A DNA stretch of 64,000 bases from Vicugna vicugna. Taxonomy: Eukaryota. The translations under genes were made by a program, and so were the position numbers. The number at the start of each line of letters is the position of its first letter. The stretch's first letter is position 1. Where the stretch lies: contig MU057887.1 of NCBI GenBank assembly GCA_013265495.1, positions 73,985 through 137,984 of the forward strand. The letters are read 5' to 3'. The notes beneath the pieces are model-generated. The model saw only the letters and a list, made by a program, of their open reading frames with translations. It was not told the origin of the DNA and ran no database searches. Below are positions 11,345 through 23,880 of the stretch, in pieces.

Positions 11345-13227
11345 GTGAGTGGCCGTCTGTCCTGTTCCGGGCCTGGGTCTGGGAGTCGGGGGAGGGCCTA
11401 GGCTGAACCCTCCCCACCACCATCCCCCAGCCTCAGGTTCTACCATTAGGACAGAGGTAGCAGTGACCACCGCGGGGACCTTAGCCGCAGGTGCTGTTCC
11501 CTTCACCCCCACCCCGCCTGACAACTCCTTTTCAGGGAGGCAGGGTGGGACTTGGACAGTGGTTCAAGATAACACCCGCATTCCTCGCTGGTGTTGAGCA
11601 TCACAGAGGATATTTATTCTGTTAAAAGAGGAAGGACCCACCTGCTTAATGATGGGAGTGTCGTTTCCAGAAAAGCAATTACAGCCGGCCGAACGCCCCT
11701 CATTTCCTGTGCATAGCCGAGAACTGAGCGCTTGTGAAGGCGCCCAGGACAGCCCAGCTCCGAGGGAGTCTGCAAGGCCGGTGCGTTAGTCCTGCGTTGT
11801 AGTGGAGGCTGAAGCTCAGAGAGGTGCAGTGAATTGTCCAGGGTCACACAGCCGCCGCGGAGGGGCGTCTCCCACCTCTGTGCTTTTCCTCCCGCCCCAG
11901 CCCGTGCTACTCTGGCCCCGCATCAGAAGACTCTTTGGGAAAAATAGGCAGCAAACCTCCTCATCAGCCGGGGCAGGAGTTAAAGGGTGCTGGGGACAGG
12001 GTCACCCCACCCCCACCCCCGCAATGGCAGCGCTGAAACGGCCCTTACACAAGGTAAACGGAGGCCCAGGCTGGGAGAGGGGCTGGCTGAAGTCACAGAG
12101 AACAAGGGCTTGTTGCCTCCCCGAGACCCGATGTGTGTGACCGGAATTCCAGGGGGTCCTGCTTTTCTTGGGCTCATGTGACCAGACAGGGGTGGGGCCC
12201 TAGGAGCCACTGGGGGTCTCAGTGGGGCCCACAGCAGCCCCGTTTTCCTAATACGCCTCTGCTTAGGGTAAAAGGAGTTCTTTTACCTGAAGAATCGGCT
12301 GGATGTTTAAACAACAAAAACAAAAGAGGAAGTATTTCTAAATTCATGGACAAAGCAGCAAGGACAGCCCTCCTGCAGTGTGTACATCCTTCCCATCCCG
12401 TGGCAGAAGCAGCAGGCGTGATCGCCTGGCCTCCAGCTGCCTCCTCTCCACGGGGACTGTGACTGCAGCCCCGGTGTCCCCGTGCCCAGCCCTGGGGGGG
12501 GCTGGCACAGTGGGTGGCCTCCCTCAGGAGCGTGTGCTGGGGATGGAGGGCAGAGAGGCTGCCCTGGGCTCCAGGTCACCCTCGCCAGCCCCAGGGTCCT
12601 TTCCTAAGAATCAGGTAGAGGTCAGGTGATGTGAGGCTTGGAGCTCCTGGCCAGTTAGGCTGTTTGGGGCAATATCTTTTTAGCCAGTCGAAAATTAAAT
12701 GGTGGCGATTGTTAAGTAATAACAGAGCCTTTCTGTTGAGGGTTTGTTCTGCGCCGTGAGCTTTCTCCATGCCCTGTGCTCTCTCTGTGTCCCTGAGGAC
12801 CGGGCACCTTATGGTCCCCATTTTACAGATGAGGAAACCGAGGCACAGAGAGGGCGTGGGCTGCTCAGGGTCACAGGACTCGTCAGCAGAGCTAGGGCTC
12901 AGGCCCCCGACTCCAGGGCCTGTGGGTTCTTCTCCCCCGCGCTGCCCCCCCAGCTCATCTGCATCACATGGCCACATTAAATTGAGTTTAATTGTGCAGT
13001 AAATCCGTTATTGGTCATTAGCTTTGATGCCACGAGAGAGCCTTGTGACTGGAGCCACCGACTGTCCTGTTATCTGATGTTTTCCACTCAGTTCTGAGGA
13101 TGGTCAGTGCGGGTGAGGGCCGGGGCTCCCTCAGCTGTCCCCAGGCACGGGCGGGGCCAGGGTCAGCGCACTGTCACAGGATTCTGACGTCCGTCCGTCA
13201 TTCTCGTTTTCTGCCATTTTATATAAA

Positions 13228-13248
13228 TGTGTGTGTGTGTGTGTGTGT
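13228..13248 (+). repeat. (TG)n microsatellite
   Basis: About 10 TG units at the tail end of the L1M fragment. Confidence 0.9.
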
Positions 13249-13249
13249 T

Positions 13250-13790
13250 TTTAAGATGATTTGCTCTTTTAAAATGTACAGTTCAGTGATTTTTAGTATA
13301 TTCACAAGGTTACGTGACTATCACCACTATTTAATTCCAGAACATTTTAATCATGCCCCCCTCCCAAAAAAAGCCCCTTAACAGCCATGCCCCGTTCCTC
13401 CCCTCTGCCGGCCTCCGGCAAGTACCAGTCAGCTTTGCCCCTGTGGATGTGCCCTTCTGGACGTCTCACGTAGACGGGGTCACACAACACACGTGTGGCC
13501 TTTTGCATCTGGCTTCTTTCTCTCAGCGAAATGTTTCTTGCTCGGGGTTCGTCCATGTTGGAGGGTCTGTCAGTCCTTCGTGTCTCTTTACTGCCACATA
13601 ATATCCTTTTGTATGAAGAACACACCATCTTGCTTATCTAGTCATCTAATGATGGATATCTGGGTTGCTTCCACCTTTTGGCCATTGTGAGAAGCGCTTC
13701 TGGGAACGCCTGCATATGAGACCTCGTGTGGACCTGTGTTTTCACGCTGTCGGGTCTGCGCCTGCGGGTGGACTTGCTGGGTCGTGTCCA
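13250..13790 (-). mobile_element. L1M (L1MB-like) 3' end
   Basis: AAAATGTACAGTTCAGTGATTTTTAGTATATTCACA...TGATGGATATCTGGGTTGCTTCCACCTTTTGGCCATTGTGA, typical antisense L1M 3'UTR. Confidence 0.8.
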
Positions 13791-14441
13791 GGAGCCTGGC
13801 CCTGAGAGGGTCTGGACTACAACACCCATCATCATCTCGGCCCCCGAAAGTGTGCACTGCCAGTTGTCCACATGAGTACAAAGGACGTGGCTCAGCTTCT
13901 AGCTCGGCGTGTCCTGTGTGCCCTTGGACAAGTCGCTTGACATCTCTGAGCTTCTCTCATCTCCCCTGTAAAAGGGAACAGCAGTCAACACCTGCTGCTG
14001 GGTTGGTGAGGACAGAATAAGCTTCTCTAGAGTAAGGGAGGAAACACCTCAAGCCGCCCTGCAGGGGAGAGAGGGCAGAGAGCAGGGGCTGTGAGCCGGG
14101 GCCGGGGGCGGGCTGCCAGCTCTGAGATTAGGTGTGGACGAAGGGGTGGGGCTGGGTGTTGGAGGCCCGGCCTGCCGGGTGTCCCCCAAGAACCTGAAGG
14201 ATGCCTGTGACCCTCGCTTCTATTAGCGGACCCCTCCACTTCCCCTCGTGTGAATCGGAGGGGTCCTAGGGAGCCACTGCCGTGGCCCAGGGTGCACGCG
14301 GCCTCCCCGCAGGGCTGGGCCGGGCACGTGCCCCCCTCATGTGGCTGGGCTGTGCGGCCACCACCCCAGCCTCCAGCCCTCACCAGCACCAGGCGGTCCC
14401 TGACTCCCGCCTCCCTCACTGGTCTCCCTTCCCGCCCACAG

Positions 14442-14490
14442 GCAGCTGCTGAAGACGGAGCTGGGGTCCTTCTTCACGGAGTACCTGCAG
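14442..14490 (+). CDS. PRR5: PRR5 coding exon 3 (QLLKTELGSFFTEYLQ)
   Basis: CCCACAG acceptor; CAG|GTGGGT donor; 49 nt. Confidence 0.96.
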
Positions 14491-15044
14491 GTGGGTGCTC
14501 TGTGCTCTCCAGCCGGGCCGGGGTTGCTTCCTGAGCTGGCCAGAAGGGACGGGGGCACCCACTCCTGGTGGGTGCGGGGAGCGCTAGGTCTCCGCCTTGC
14601 CGTGACTCGGTTTCCCCATCCAGCCAGTGCAGCTGGTTGGGAAGGTTGCATGATCAGGTGCAGGTGAAGACCCAGCGCTGTGGCCGGCACAGGCTGGGGC
14701 TTGAGGCCAGTTCTCGGTCGTCCGCCTCCTCCCGGAGCATCAGTATAGGTTCCCAGAGTCTGTGTGTAGGTGTCTACATACCCCAGCGCCCCGAGCTGTG
14801 GGATGACGGTGTGGGCGTGTCACCAGCATCGCCAAGGCCACTCTGCCCAGACGCTGCAGCTCCAGGCCTGCAAAGTCGATGAACATGCAGGGTCCTGGGG
14901 CTCGGGGAGGTGAGAGAACTGTCAAGGTCGCGCAGCCAGGAGGGCCGAGTGGTGCAGGGACATCCTCAGGCGGGCTCGGAGCAAGGCGCCCCCTCCCAGG
15001 AGAGGGTGAGGCAAGGGCCAGCCTGTGGGTTTACGGTCGGTTGT

Positions 15045-15500
15045 TTTTCATTTAACAGCTTTACTGGGGTGTAATTCACAGACCCCCAGTTCTGTGCACC
15101 CGCTGAAAGGGGACACTTCAGGGGAGTTTGGTGTAGTCAGAGCCGTGCAGCCGTCCCTGCTGTCCAGTTCCAGGACTTTATTCGTCGTCACCGGGAAGGA
15201 GGTCCCATGTTTATAAACAGTTCCCATCCCACTCTCCCCCGAGCCCCAGGCCGCCTCTGGTCTCTGTTCTGCCTCTGGACATTTCTATCAGGACCGCACG
15301 GCATGTGGCCTTCTCTGGCTCCTGTCACTGGGCACAGCAATCTCAAGGTTCATCCGCAGTGTCGCCTGTGTCAGAGCCTCGTTTTTTTCTTATGGCTGAA
15401 TAGCATTCCCTTACATGGAGGGGCCACGTTTTGCTTATCCACTGCGCTGTCGGTGGCCCCGGGGTCACCTGGCTGCTGTGACTGGTGCTGAGACCACGCG
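15045..15500 (-). mobile_element. L1M 3' end, highly GC-shifted
   Basis: TTTAACAGCTTTACTG...TAATTCACA; AAGGTTCATCC; TTATGGCTGAATAG motifs. Confidence 0.7.
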
Positions 15501-15774
15501 GTGTCACTCTGCCACGCCCAGGAGGTGTGCACAGGGTCTGCCGTTCGAGCCTCCCGTGGGTGATGGCAGTGCCCAGGCCCGGCCAGTCTCGGGGTGGGGG
15601 TGGCCCCTGCTCCACCCCCTGTCTCAGGACGGCCCAGCTGGGTCAGTTGCCCACGTCCACCCAGGGAGTTGAGGTTCCCGCTCTGGGCCTTGGCTGCTTG
15701 TTGGTAGACTCTTGGGGGTCCTGCCTGCCGGGACCCCACGGAGCAGTGACCGTATCTCCACATGTGCCTTTCAG

Positions 15775-15832
15775 AACCAGCTGCTGACAAAAGGCATGGT
15801 CATCCTCCGGGACAAGATCCGCTTCTACGAGG
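15775..15832 (+). CDS. PRR5: PRR5 coding exon 4 (NQLLTKGMVILRDKIRFYE)
   Basis: TTTCAG acceptor; G|GTGAGT donor; 58 nt. Confidence 0.96.
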
Positions 15833-18800
15833 GTGAGTCTGGTGGCCCTGTGGCTGGACTGGTGCCAGGCCACACTGCTTGCTGGGAACCGTGGCCCTGC
15901 CAGCTCACCCAGGCCCCTCAGCTGGGTGGGCGGTGTGTCTCTCCTGGTTGAGGGAGCTCAGAAGGGGCAAAAGCAGTGCCTCGAGGGCGGCAGGGCTGAG
16001 GTCTGACCCCAGAGGGGACCCTGTAGGGAAAAGTGTCCCCCACCTTGCCGGAGCCCAGGAGGGCCGAGAGGCGACTGGGAGAAGGCCCCTGCTTCACCTC
16101 ACTGCCCAGAAGACCTTCGGCCCCCATGAGCCCACCCCAGCAGCCTGGGAGAACCCCCGTCAGGGTCTTTGAGGGCCAGAAGGGAACTGGTTTAGGCCCA
16201 AGTGGCCCTGATTCTCCTGAGGGACAGGGTCAGGGCAGGGACCCACCACTTGGAGGGAGCAGCTGATGGGGGCTCCCTGCTGGGGTCTGGGGCCCGAGCA
16301 TGGCCGGGGCTGCTGGGCACGTTCTCTCCTTCAGGGCTCATGCCCGCCCTGTGAGGCCTTTGGGTCACTGTGCCCGTTTCGCAGTTGGGGGCCTATGGAG
16401 CGATGGCCTTCGGCTTGTCCATGGCTGCACTGTAAGCGAGGGGTGGAGGGGGGATTCGAACCCAGGGCATCCCGTCTCCAGAGCACACCCCTTTACCCTT
16501 CTAGGGTGGGGCCCACAAGTCACAGCTGGCCTCTCCGGGCCCGGAGCCCTGACAGGACAGCCTGGGGCTCCCGGTGTCTGCAGGCCAGGGCCGGGGGCCG
16601 TGACAAGCACAGCGTGTGCTCTTCCTCACAGGAGTGAGTCAAATTATGGGGGAATTCAGCTCAAACCAACACGCCTTGCTGAGGGCCTACTGTGTGCCAG
16701 GCCCCCCAGGGCAGGACCCGCCGTGGGCCGCGCACCAGGCCCCCGCACATGCTCACTCTGTGCGAGACTCTGTCCCAGGTGTTTTCCACCTCCTGACTCA
16801 CTGCCTTGCCCAGCGACCCTGTGAAGAAAGCTCTGATGTTGCAGTCACTGAACGTTTGGGTAAATCAAGGCACAGAGGGGCTCGGTAACTCACCTGGGCC
16901 ACACAGCCCCCACCTGGCAGCCTGGCTTCTGAGCCCATAGTCCTCTCTCCGCTGCTCCAGGTTCCTCCTGGACTCCTTGCTGACCTCGGGAAGAGTCTTA
17001 GCCTGTTTCACAGAGGCAGAGTCTGAGGCCTGGGGCGTTCAGCATGAACTCGGAGCTGTGTGTCCCATCTTCCTTCTGCACCATCTCTTTGTGTGTTGGG
17101 TAGAAGCAGCTGAGGCAGGAGCCTGAGAAGGGCTGTGAGAACCACTGACGTTGGTGCAAGAGGCACAGGCCACCGGTGGTCTGGGCCGGCTTCCTGGAGG
17201 CGGCAGCACCTAAGCTGGCAGAAGGATTTGCTGGTGGAGATGCCCTCCCACACCCATCCCCTGACTCGGCACATTCCGGCAGTGCCTCACCTCCCACCAG
17301 CTCCGGCCCAGGGGAGCTGGGACCTTCAGAGAAGAGGTGCTTTGTGCAGCTTCATGGACTCCTGCCCACGGTGGCCGTATCCGCCAGGCCACTCAGTTGG
17401 GAGTGCCAGCACCTCCAACCTCCCCTGGCCTCAGGGACAGGCACAGAGCCCCAGGCAGCGGGCCAGAGGGCCTGGCCTCTAGTTCTTATCCAGCCACAGA
17501 CACGTCATTTACCTCTGGCCTCGGTGTCTCCACCTTAGCACTGTGGGGTTAGATGGACTCTATCTGTGTTCTCACTAAAGGTCAGGCTCCTGGTGGCCTC
17601 TGGGGACCTGGATATGGAGACCTGGGCTCTACCTGGCAGGGGCTCACAGCCCAGTTAGGGACATAGACGTGGAGCAGACAGTGACAGTCCAGTGTGATAA
17701 ATGTCAAGGTGATGGGAAGCCCTGGGGAAGGAAAGGTTAGTTCCACCTCGACAGTCAGGGAGGACTACGTGGAAGCGGCGGCCCTTGAGCCAGGCCTCAA
17801 AATGTGGTCATTTCAGGAGGATATCTTGCCCCCTTCAGCCCATGCACTGGGGACAGTGGCTAATGTCACACACCAAGGGGTGGCCTTGGGAACCTCCCCC
17901 TTCTGCCTTCTGCCCTGGTTTAGGTCCCAGGGAGAGGTCTTCCCTGAGACTGCTCCCTGTGGCAGCCATGTCCTCGGCCCATGCCTCTGTTGGATGGGTT
18001 GGATGGCCCTATGTGGGGCAGCCCCAGGACCGTGCTACCTGCTCCCCTCCAGCCTCCAGTGAGGTCTTGGACGTCGGCTCCCGAGCAGAGTGATTCCTGG
18101 AATTGGGAAGCCTGGCAGACAGCCGTGGGATGGAGGCCCCTGCCCTGGGACCACGTTACTGGTAGTAGACTGGTGGTCTCGGCCTGTTAGCTTGCAGGAG
18201 TGGGCGTGGCTGCAGCCAAACAGGTCGGGGACTCTGGGGAGGAACCCAGGGTCTTCTGTGGGCCCGGGGCCCTGAGCTCTGCCTCTTGTCCTGCAGGAAT
18301 CCCAGCCTGGTTTAGGTCAGGCCACCAAACACCGCAGCGAGCCTTCACACACTCGCCTCCAAGCCTGGGCTGTGCACGTGCCCCTGCCAGACTCCACCTG
18401 AGTGTCCTCCTTGGAGTCCCCGCTGTGGGCTTTTCCACTGTCCCTGGGGTCTCCCCATCCCTGAGCCCGGAGCCAGGATTGGCCTGGTCCCTTCCAGTCT
18501 CCGGGGCCTGCACGGTCAGCCCCCAGCACACTTAGACTGAAGAAAGGAAGACAGACAGGCTGGCCCACCTCTCCCCACCATCCGGGGGAGAAAGAGCTCA
18601 AGGGCACGGCCGCTGCCCTGGCTGGGTCCTGCTGAGCCTCAGCACGGACACAGGACGCGGGACATGCGGGCCCGGGCAGCGCCAGGCTAAGCCCTGGCTG
18701 CCTGGCAGCTGTTAGTCCGAGGAGCGCGGGGGCCTCCATCACGCCGGTTTTACAGGGACCGCACTGAGGCTTGGGCGGAGGGACTCCCCGGGGTTCCAGA

Positions 18801-20477
18801 GCCAGGCTTTGACGCCGGGCCGCCTGACTGTACCCCCTGACCACCCCGGCTCCCTCAGACCACAGTCCCCAGCAGAGAGCCCGGCCCGGGGACAGCGCCG
18901 AGCTTCCCGGCCCCTTGGTGGGCGTGCGGCTCTGGCCGGGACTGGACTCTGTGTTTTACAACATCTGCTTTCCGCCGCGTTTCCGCCCCGTGGGCTGGAG
19001 AGCAGCCTGCGCCCAGCAGACTCCGGCCTGGCCCGCGCCCAGAGCCGCCCCACGGCCGCCCAGGGAACTGAGCAGCCTTTCTTCTTGCCGGCGACAGCAG
19101 GGACCTCAGGGGACCTTTGTGTGCAGAGTTCGGGTGGTGGGCATCTCTCGTCCTAGGTTCCGCAGAGCCTGGCCTGGGTCCCCCGGGAGGACCCAGAGCC
19201 GGCCCCTGGGCAGGGACCCCAGGGCCAGCAGACGGGCCACACTGGAGGCCGATCTGCCCTCCCCATGGTCGCCACCCCACCGCCCCAGGCTTCCCTTCCA
19301 AAGCCCGGCCCCTTTACAGGCCTAGGGGCTTGCCGGGTGGGAGCGTGGGGCCCAGAGCCTAGGGAAAGTGAGCAGGGGCGGCGAAGTCCCGACCTCCTCG
19401 TTCCCATGGAAACCTTGAGACGGCTGCACGGGCAGTGAGGTCCTGGAGGTGGGCCAGCCTGTCGCCCCGGCCCCCACCTGACACGCCCACCAAGCCCATT
19501 TTCCTGCAGCTGATTGCTAGTCTGGCTTCCAGGTGGGGCTCCCACCAAGCAGCAGAGGCCCTCCGTCCCAGCTTTCTGCTCGTTCCAGGCAGAAGGGCTG
19601 AGGGTGCAGCACTTGGCCGTTCCCAGGGGAGCCCAGGGCTGTCTTGCGGTGTCTCAGCTGCCCCTGCCCTTCAGGGCTGTCCCCCGTGGCTGGGGCCGCT
19701 CCTTCCCCAGAGCCAGCAGAAGGGCCCGCGGAGCTTGTCCAGACGCCTGCTTTTCACACTCCACTTCCGCGGTTCATGCAGCAAGGCTGTCGGTCAACCA
19801 GGCAGAAGCACTTGGCCAGCACCTCCTCCGGGAGTCCCTCCCTGCCTGACGCCCTCTACCCAGGACGCGTTGCTGTTACTGGATGTGATCTCCCCGGCCT
19901 CCACTTCAGGCAGCCCGGCTGGGGAGGCCCCGGGCCCTCGAGTGAGACATCTGAGCCTCTCGGAGGCCCGGCCTCTCCGTCTGCCCGACGGGATCACTCC
20001 CCCCTCGCCAGGATTGTCCTGTTGTGATGGGACCAGGGAGTTTGGGGCTCAGCTGGGACCCCCATGCCAGGCCCGGCACAGTGGCGGTGCTCTGTCAGTG
20101 TCTGTCCCGGGGACAGAGGGACAGAGCAGTGGGCGAGGCAAGCGTGTGAGCGGGAGCTCCCGCTGGGGCCGGGCCGTGGGGCTCGTGTGTGGAGGAAGTG
20201 GGGACCTACGTCTCCTCTGCCCCGGGTCCCGCTTCGTCTGGCTTCTCCCGGCAGCTCTGGGGGTCACCCTGCTGCAGCCCAGTTTTATTAAATGGGGCAG
20301 CTGAGGCAGGGGACGGGTGGGTGAACAGGGGTACCAGATCCCATGACTCTGGGGCCTGGAGCCCGGCCCTCAGCTCCTGCATCCTCCACCGACGGGAGGG
20401 GTGCCTTGTGACCGGGGAGGGCGGGAAGCGGCTGCCGGTGCCCGTTGGGGCAGTGGTGATGCTCCCTGTGCCCACAG

Positions 20478-20569
20478 GACAGAAGCTGCTGGACTCCCTG
20501 GCAGAGACCTGGGACTTCTTCTTCAGCGACGTGCTGCCCACGCTGCAGGCTGTCTTCTACCCGGTGCAG
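20478..20569 (+). CDS. PRR5: PRR5 coding exon 5 (GQKLLDSLAETWDFFFSDVLPTLQAVFYPVQ), HbrB-like domain
   Basis: CCCACAG acceptor; CAG|GTGAGC donor; 92 nt. Confidence 0.97.
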
Positions 20570-20987
20570 GTGAGCGGCCCTGGGCCCCGGCGACAGCCCG
20601 TCCTGGCCTCGCTCCCTGGCCCCCGGCCTGGGGGCGGGCACACCTCTGCCCATCGCTGCCACGGGTGGGCTGTCTGCGCCTGCTCACATCCCTGCGCCTC
20701 TCAGAACCTGTTTCCCTCCCCCGGGGTGGGAGCCAGGACAGCTCCCTCCTGTGGGCCCTAGGAAGCCCCGAGCAGCACACAGTAGGCCCTGCCCTGCACG
20801 CAGTAGGGTCTCTGTCGGTGACAGTAAGGAGGATGTGTGGGGCCCCCCTTCTTCAGGACAAGGGTCATCTGGGGAAGAGGACAGGGAGGAAGGGGGCCTG
20901 AGGTTTCAGCGGGTCCCATGTATCTGACCCTAGAACTCAGCGAGGGGCGGGGAGCGAGGGTCTCACGAGGCGGCATTGTGTCCGCAG

Positions 20988-21128
20988 GGCAAGGAGCCGT
21001 CGGTGCGCCAGCTGGCCCTGCTGCACTTCCGGAACACCATCACCCTCAGCGTGAAGCTGGAGGATGCGCTGGCCCGCGCGCACGCCCGCGTGCCCCCCGC
21101 CATCGTGCAGATGCTGCTGGTGCTGCAG
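20988..21128 (+). CDS. PRR5: PRR5 coding exon 6 (GKEPSVRQLALLHFRNTITLSVKLEDALARAHARVPPAIVQMLLVLQ)
   Basis: CCGCAG acceptor; CAG|GTGGGT donor; 141 nt. Confidence 0.97.
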
Positions 21129-22236
21129 GTGGGTGGGGCCCGAGGGGCGGCCGCTGGCCGGGACAGGCCCGGCCCCCCAGTGACCTGAGAGGAGGATTTG
21201 GGTCCACGTGGCTTATCCCCGGGGGTGCTGTCAGGAGAACGCATGGAGGGAGAAGCAGCAGCCGGGTTAGAGAAGGAGCCACACAAAGATGTGGCGTCAG
21301 GAGACTGCCGGCCTCGGGGTCCCACGGAGAGCCCCGGAGTGTGAGCAGAGTGTCCCTCCCCGCAGCAGTGCTGGGCCGATGCACCCCTCGTCCACCAGTC
21401 CCTGGGGCTGGGTCCACCTCCCCCTTCTCCCCACTGTGGTTCCAGACATGCCTGGTGCCGGTGGCTTTTGTCTGTGAGGGCAACTCTGAGGAGGGGGCAG
21501 CTGTGAGACGTTGGCAGCCACACTCCTACAGCTGGAGGGAGCGGCCCCGCCCACGTCCCGTCAAGGGGACTCTGATGGGCTTTTCTGCAAATGGCTGCAT
21601 CCCAAAGGGGCACAGCACCCTACGCTTTGCCAGTTTCTCTCACTGTCACAGGACAAGAGAGGGCACCGTCAGCACCCCCATTTTACAGGCAGGGAAACAG
21701 AGTCCTCACTTGACTGCAGCTGAGAAGGCCAGGAGGCTGGCCTCCCCGTTGTCCTGAACCCACCCAGGCGCGTGGAAGTCCTTCTGAGTTAGGGTCAGTG
21801 AAGTTGTTCCCGGGGCCCAGGGCGGCCAGTGAGGATTCCAGGGCGAGGAAGGAGCTGAGGAATGTGGAGGTTTGAAAGGCCAAGGGGCTGCACTCCGCAG
21901 GGGCTGGTGGTCGCCCTGGCAGCCAAGCAGGGTGTCAGGCCTGCAGCTGGATTTCTAGGGGCTTTAGGCCAGACCCAGCTGGGGTGAAGTTTGTGGCAGG
22001 GGAGGGGGGCTGGAGGGACATTGCATCTCGGCCTGTTTTCTCATTTATGTGATAGGGTGAGACCACCTACCTGGGAGGGCAGGAGCAAGGTTGATGGAGA
22101 GAAATCAATGCCGAGTCCTCCATGTTGCTCGCTCCTGGGGGCAGGCAGTGAAGGGGCTGGGCTTTCGAGCCAGGAGTAGGAAGGTCTCCCCTTGAGCTGA
22201 GGAACAGCACCTGGGTGGCGGCCAGGCTGGGTGGTG

Positions 22237-22253
22237 CTGCCCCCTGGTGGCCA
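22237..22253 (-). promoter_or_regulatory. CTCF motif TGGCCACCAGGGGGCAG
   Basis: Reverse complement of CTGCCCCCTGGTGGCCA; near-perfect match to the CTCF core consensus. Confidence 0.7.
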
Positions 22254-22809
22254 CTGTGCCTCATGCAGCTTTGGGGCTTGGCCCCATGTCTCCCCATCCT
22301 GGTGGTGACCCCTGCCCCCAGTCACAACCCTTTGCCCTTCCCTGGCCTCTGCTTTGAGTGGCCTTGTCCCAGCCTCGCAGTAAACTTGTCCCCACTGTTT
22401 TCAAGTCCCAGATGGGTCTGAGGTCACAGCTCCTGGTCTGTGCATTGAAGACCTGCTGTGCGCCCCCTGCTGCACCGGCCGAATCTCGGTTCCCTCTCAC
22501 GGGGCCCAGAAGCTGGGTAACGGCCCCTCTGAGTGCACAAGAATAAGGCAGCCGCTGGGCCTCCATTTCCTCACTGCACAATGGGGGGCAGAGCCCAGAC
22601 TTCAGAGACAAGTTCTGGGAATGAAACAGCATGAAGTCTGTGAAACGCCAGCACAGCTCGGCAGTCACGCCGTCCCACCCCCACGGCACTGGCGCTGGGA
22701 GCGGGGGCAGCTCCTCCCCGTTCGTCCGGGGGGCACCCCTGGGGTCCACCGCCTCCTTCCAGGCACAGCTGGGTCCGCGGGGTCTGCAGCGACGTCCCCA
22801 CCTTCGCTT

Positions 22810-23880
22810 CTGGCGTGAGTCACTGGTGTCTTCCGTCCCTCTCTCTCAGCCTGGCTAGGGCTTGTTGACTTCGTTGATCATTTCAAAGAACCAGCGTTCA
22901 GTTTTGTTGATTTTTCACTATCCATTTCACGTTTTCAGTTTCATTGATTTCTGCTCTGATTCTTATTTCTTTTCTTCTGCTTACTTGAGACTTAATTTGC
23001 TTTTCTTTTTCCAGTTTCCTAAGGTGGAAGCTTGGATGATTGATTTTAGACCTTTTATTTGTTGTTGTTGTTTTTTTCTTTTCTTTTCCAACATATCCAT
23101 TCGTTGCTATAAAATCCCCTCCACACACTGCTTTCGATGTATGCCATAAATTTGGATGTAGTGTTTTCATTTCATCTAGTTCAAAATATTTTAAAATAGT
23201 TCTTGAGATTTCTTTTATGGCCCATGAGTTATTTAGAAGTGAGTTGTTTAATCTGTATGTATTAGGGGATTTCCCAGTTAGTATTCTGTTACTGACTCCT
23301 GGTTTAATTCCTCTGTGGTCTGAGCAGACGGCGTATGAGTTCTGTTCTATTAACCATGTTGAGGGGTGTTTTACAGCCCAGAATGTGGTCTCTCTTGGCG
23401 AATGTCCCTTGTGAGCTTCAGGAGAACGTATTCTGCTGTCGATGGACAAAGTTCTCTATAAATGCTGATTCTGTCCAATGGATCAATGGTGTTACTGAGT
23501 TCATCTGTGTCCTTACGGACTTTCTTCTTGCGAGATCTGTTTCTGAGAGGGCTGTTGAAGTCTCTGGCTGTGAGAGTGGATTTCTCTCTCTCCCCCTCAC
23601 TTTTTCCCTCACATACTTCCCTGCCCTTTTGTTTGGTGCATACGCAGTAAAGCTTGTTATGTCATCCTGGAGAACTGACCTGTTTACCATTAGGTAATGA
23701 CCTTCCTCGCCCCTGTCATGCTCCTTGGTCTGAAGCCTGTCCTGTCTGAAATTGACGTGGCCACTCCTGCTCTGGTCTGTGATCGTGACCCGTGTTACCA
23801 CGTGTAACTGTCTCCTTTACTCCTCATCTGTGTGTCTTTATAGGTTAAGTAGGTCTCTTGTAGGCTGTGTATAACTGGGT
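22810..23880 (-). mobile_element. LINE-1 fragment, ORF2 endonuclease / post-endonuclease region, degenerate
   Basis: Minus-strand ORFs 22898..23449 (SDHRGIK...YRLNNSLLNN...NLWHTSKAVCGGDFIA...LRKLEKEKQ...IRAEINE) and 23418..23801 (EEGHYLMV...YAPN) resemble L1 ORF2p; AT-rich; frameshifted. Confidence 0.9.

Noticed and set aside
19435..21757. 289-aa and 306-aa + strand ORFs around PRR5 exons 5-6
   Set aside because: Intronic or out of frame with the real exons, no homology recognised; GC artefacts.
22898..23449. 183-aa minus-strand ORF as a host gene
   Set aside because: It is a decayed L1 ORF2 fragment with neighbouring frameshifts.
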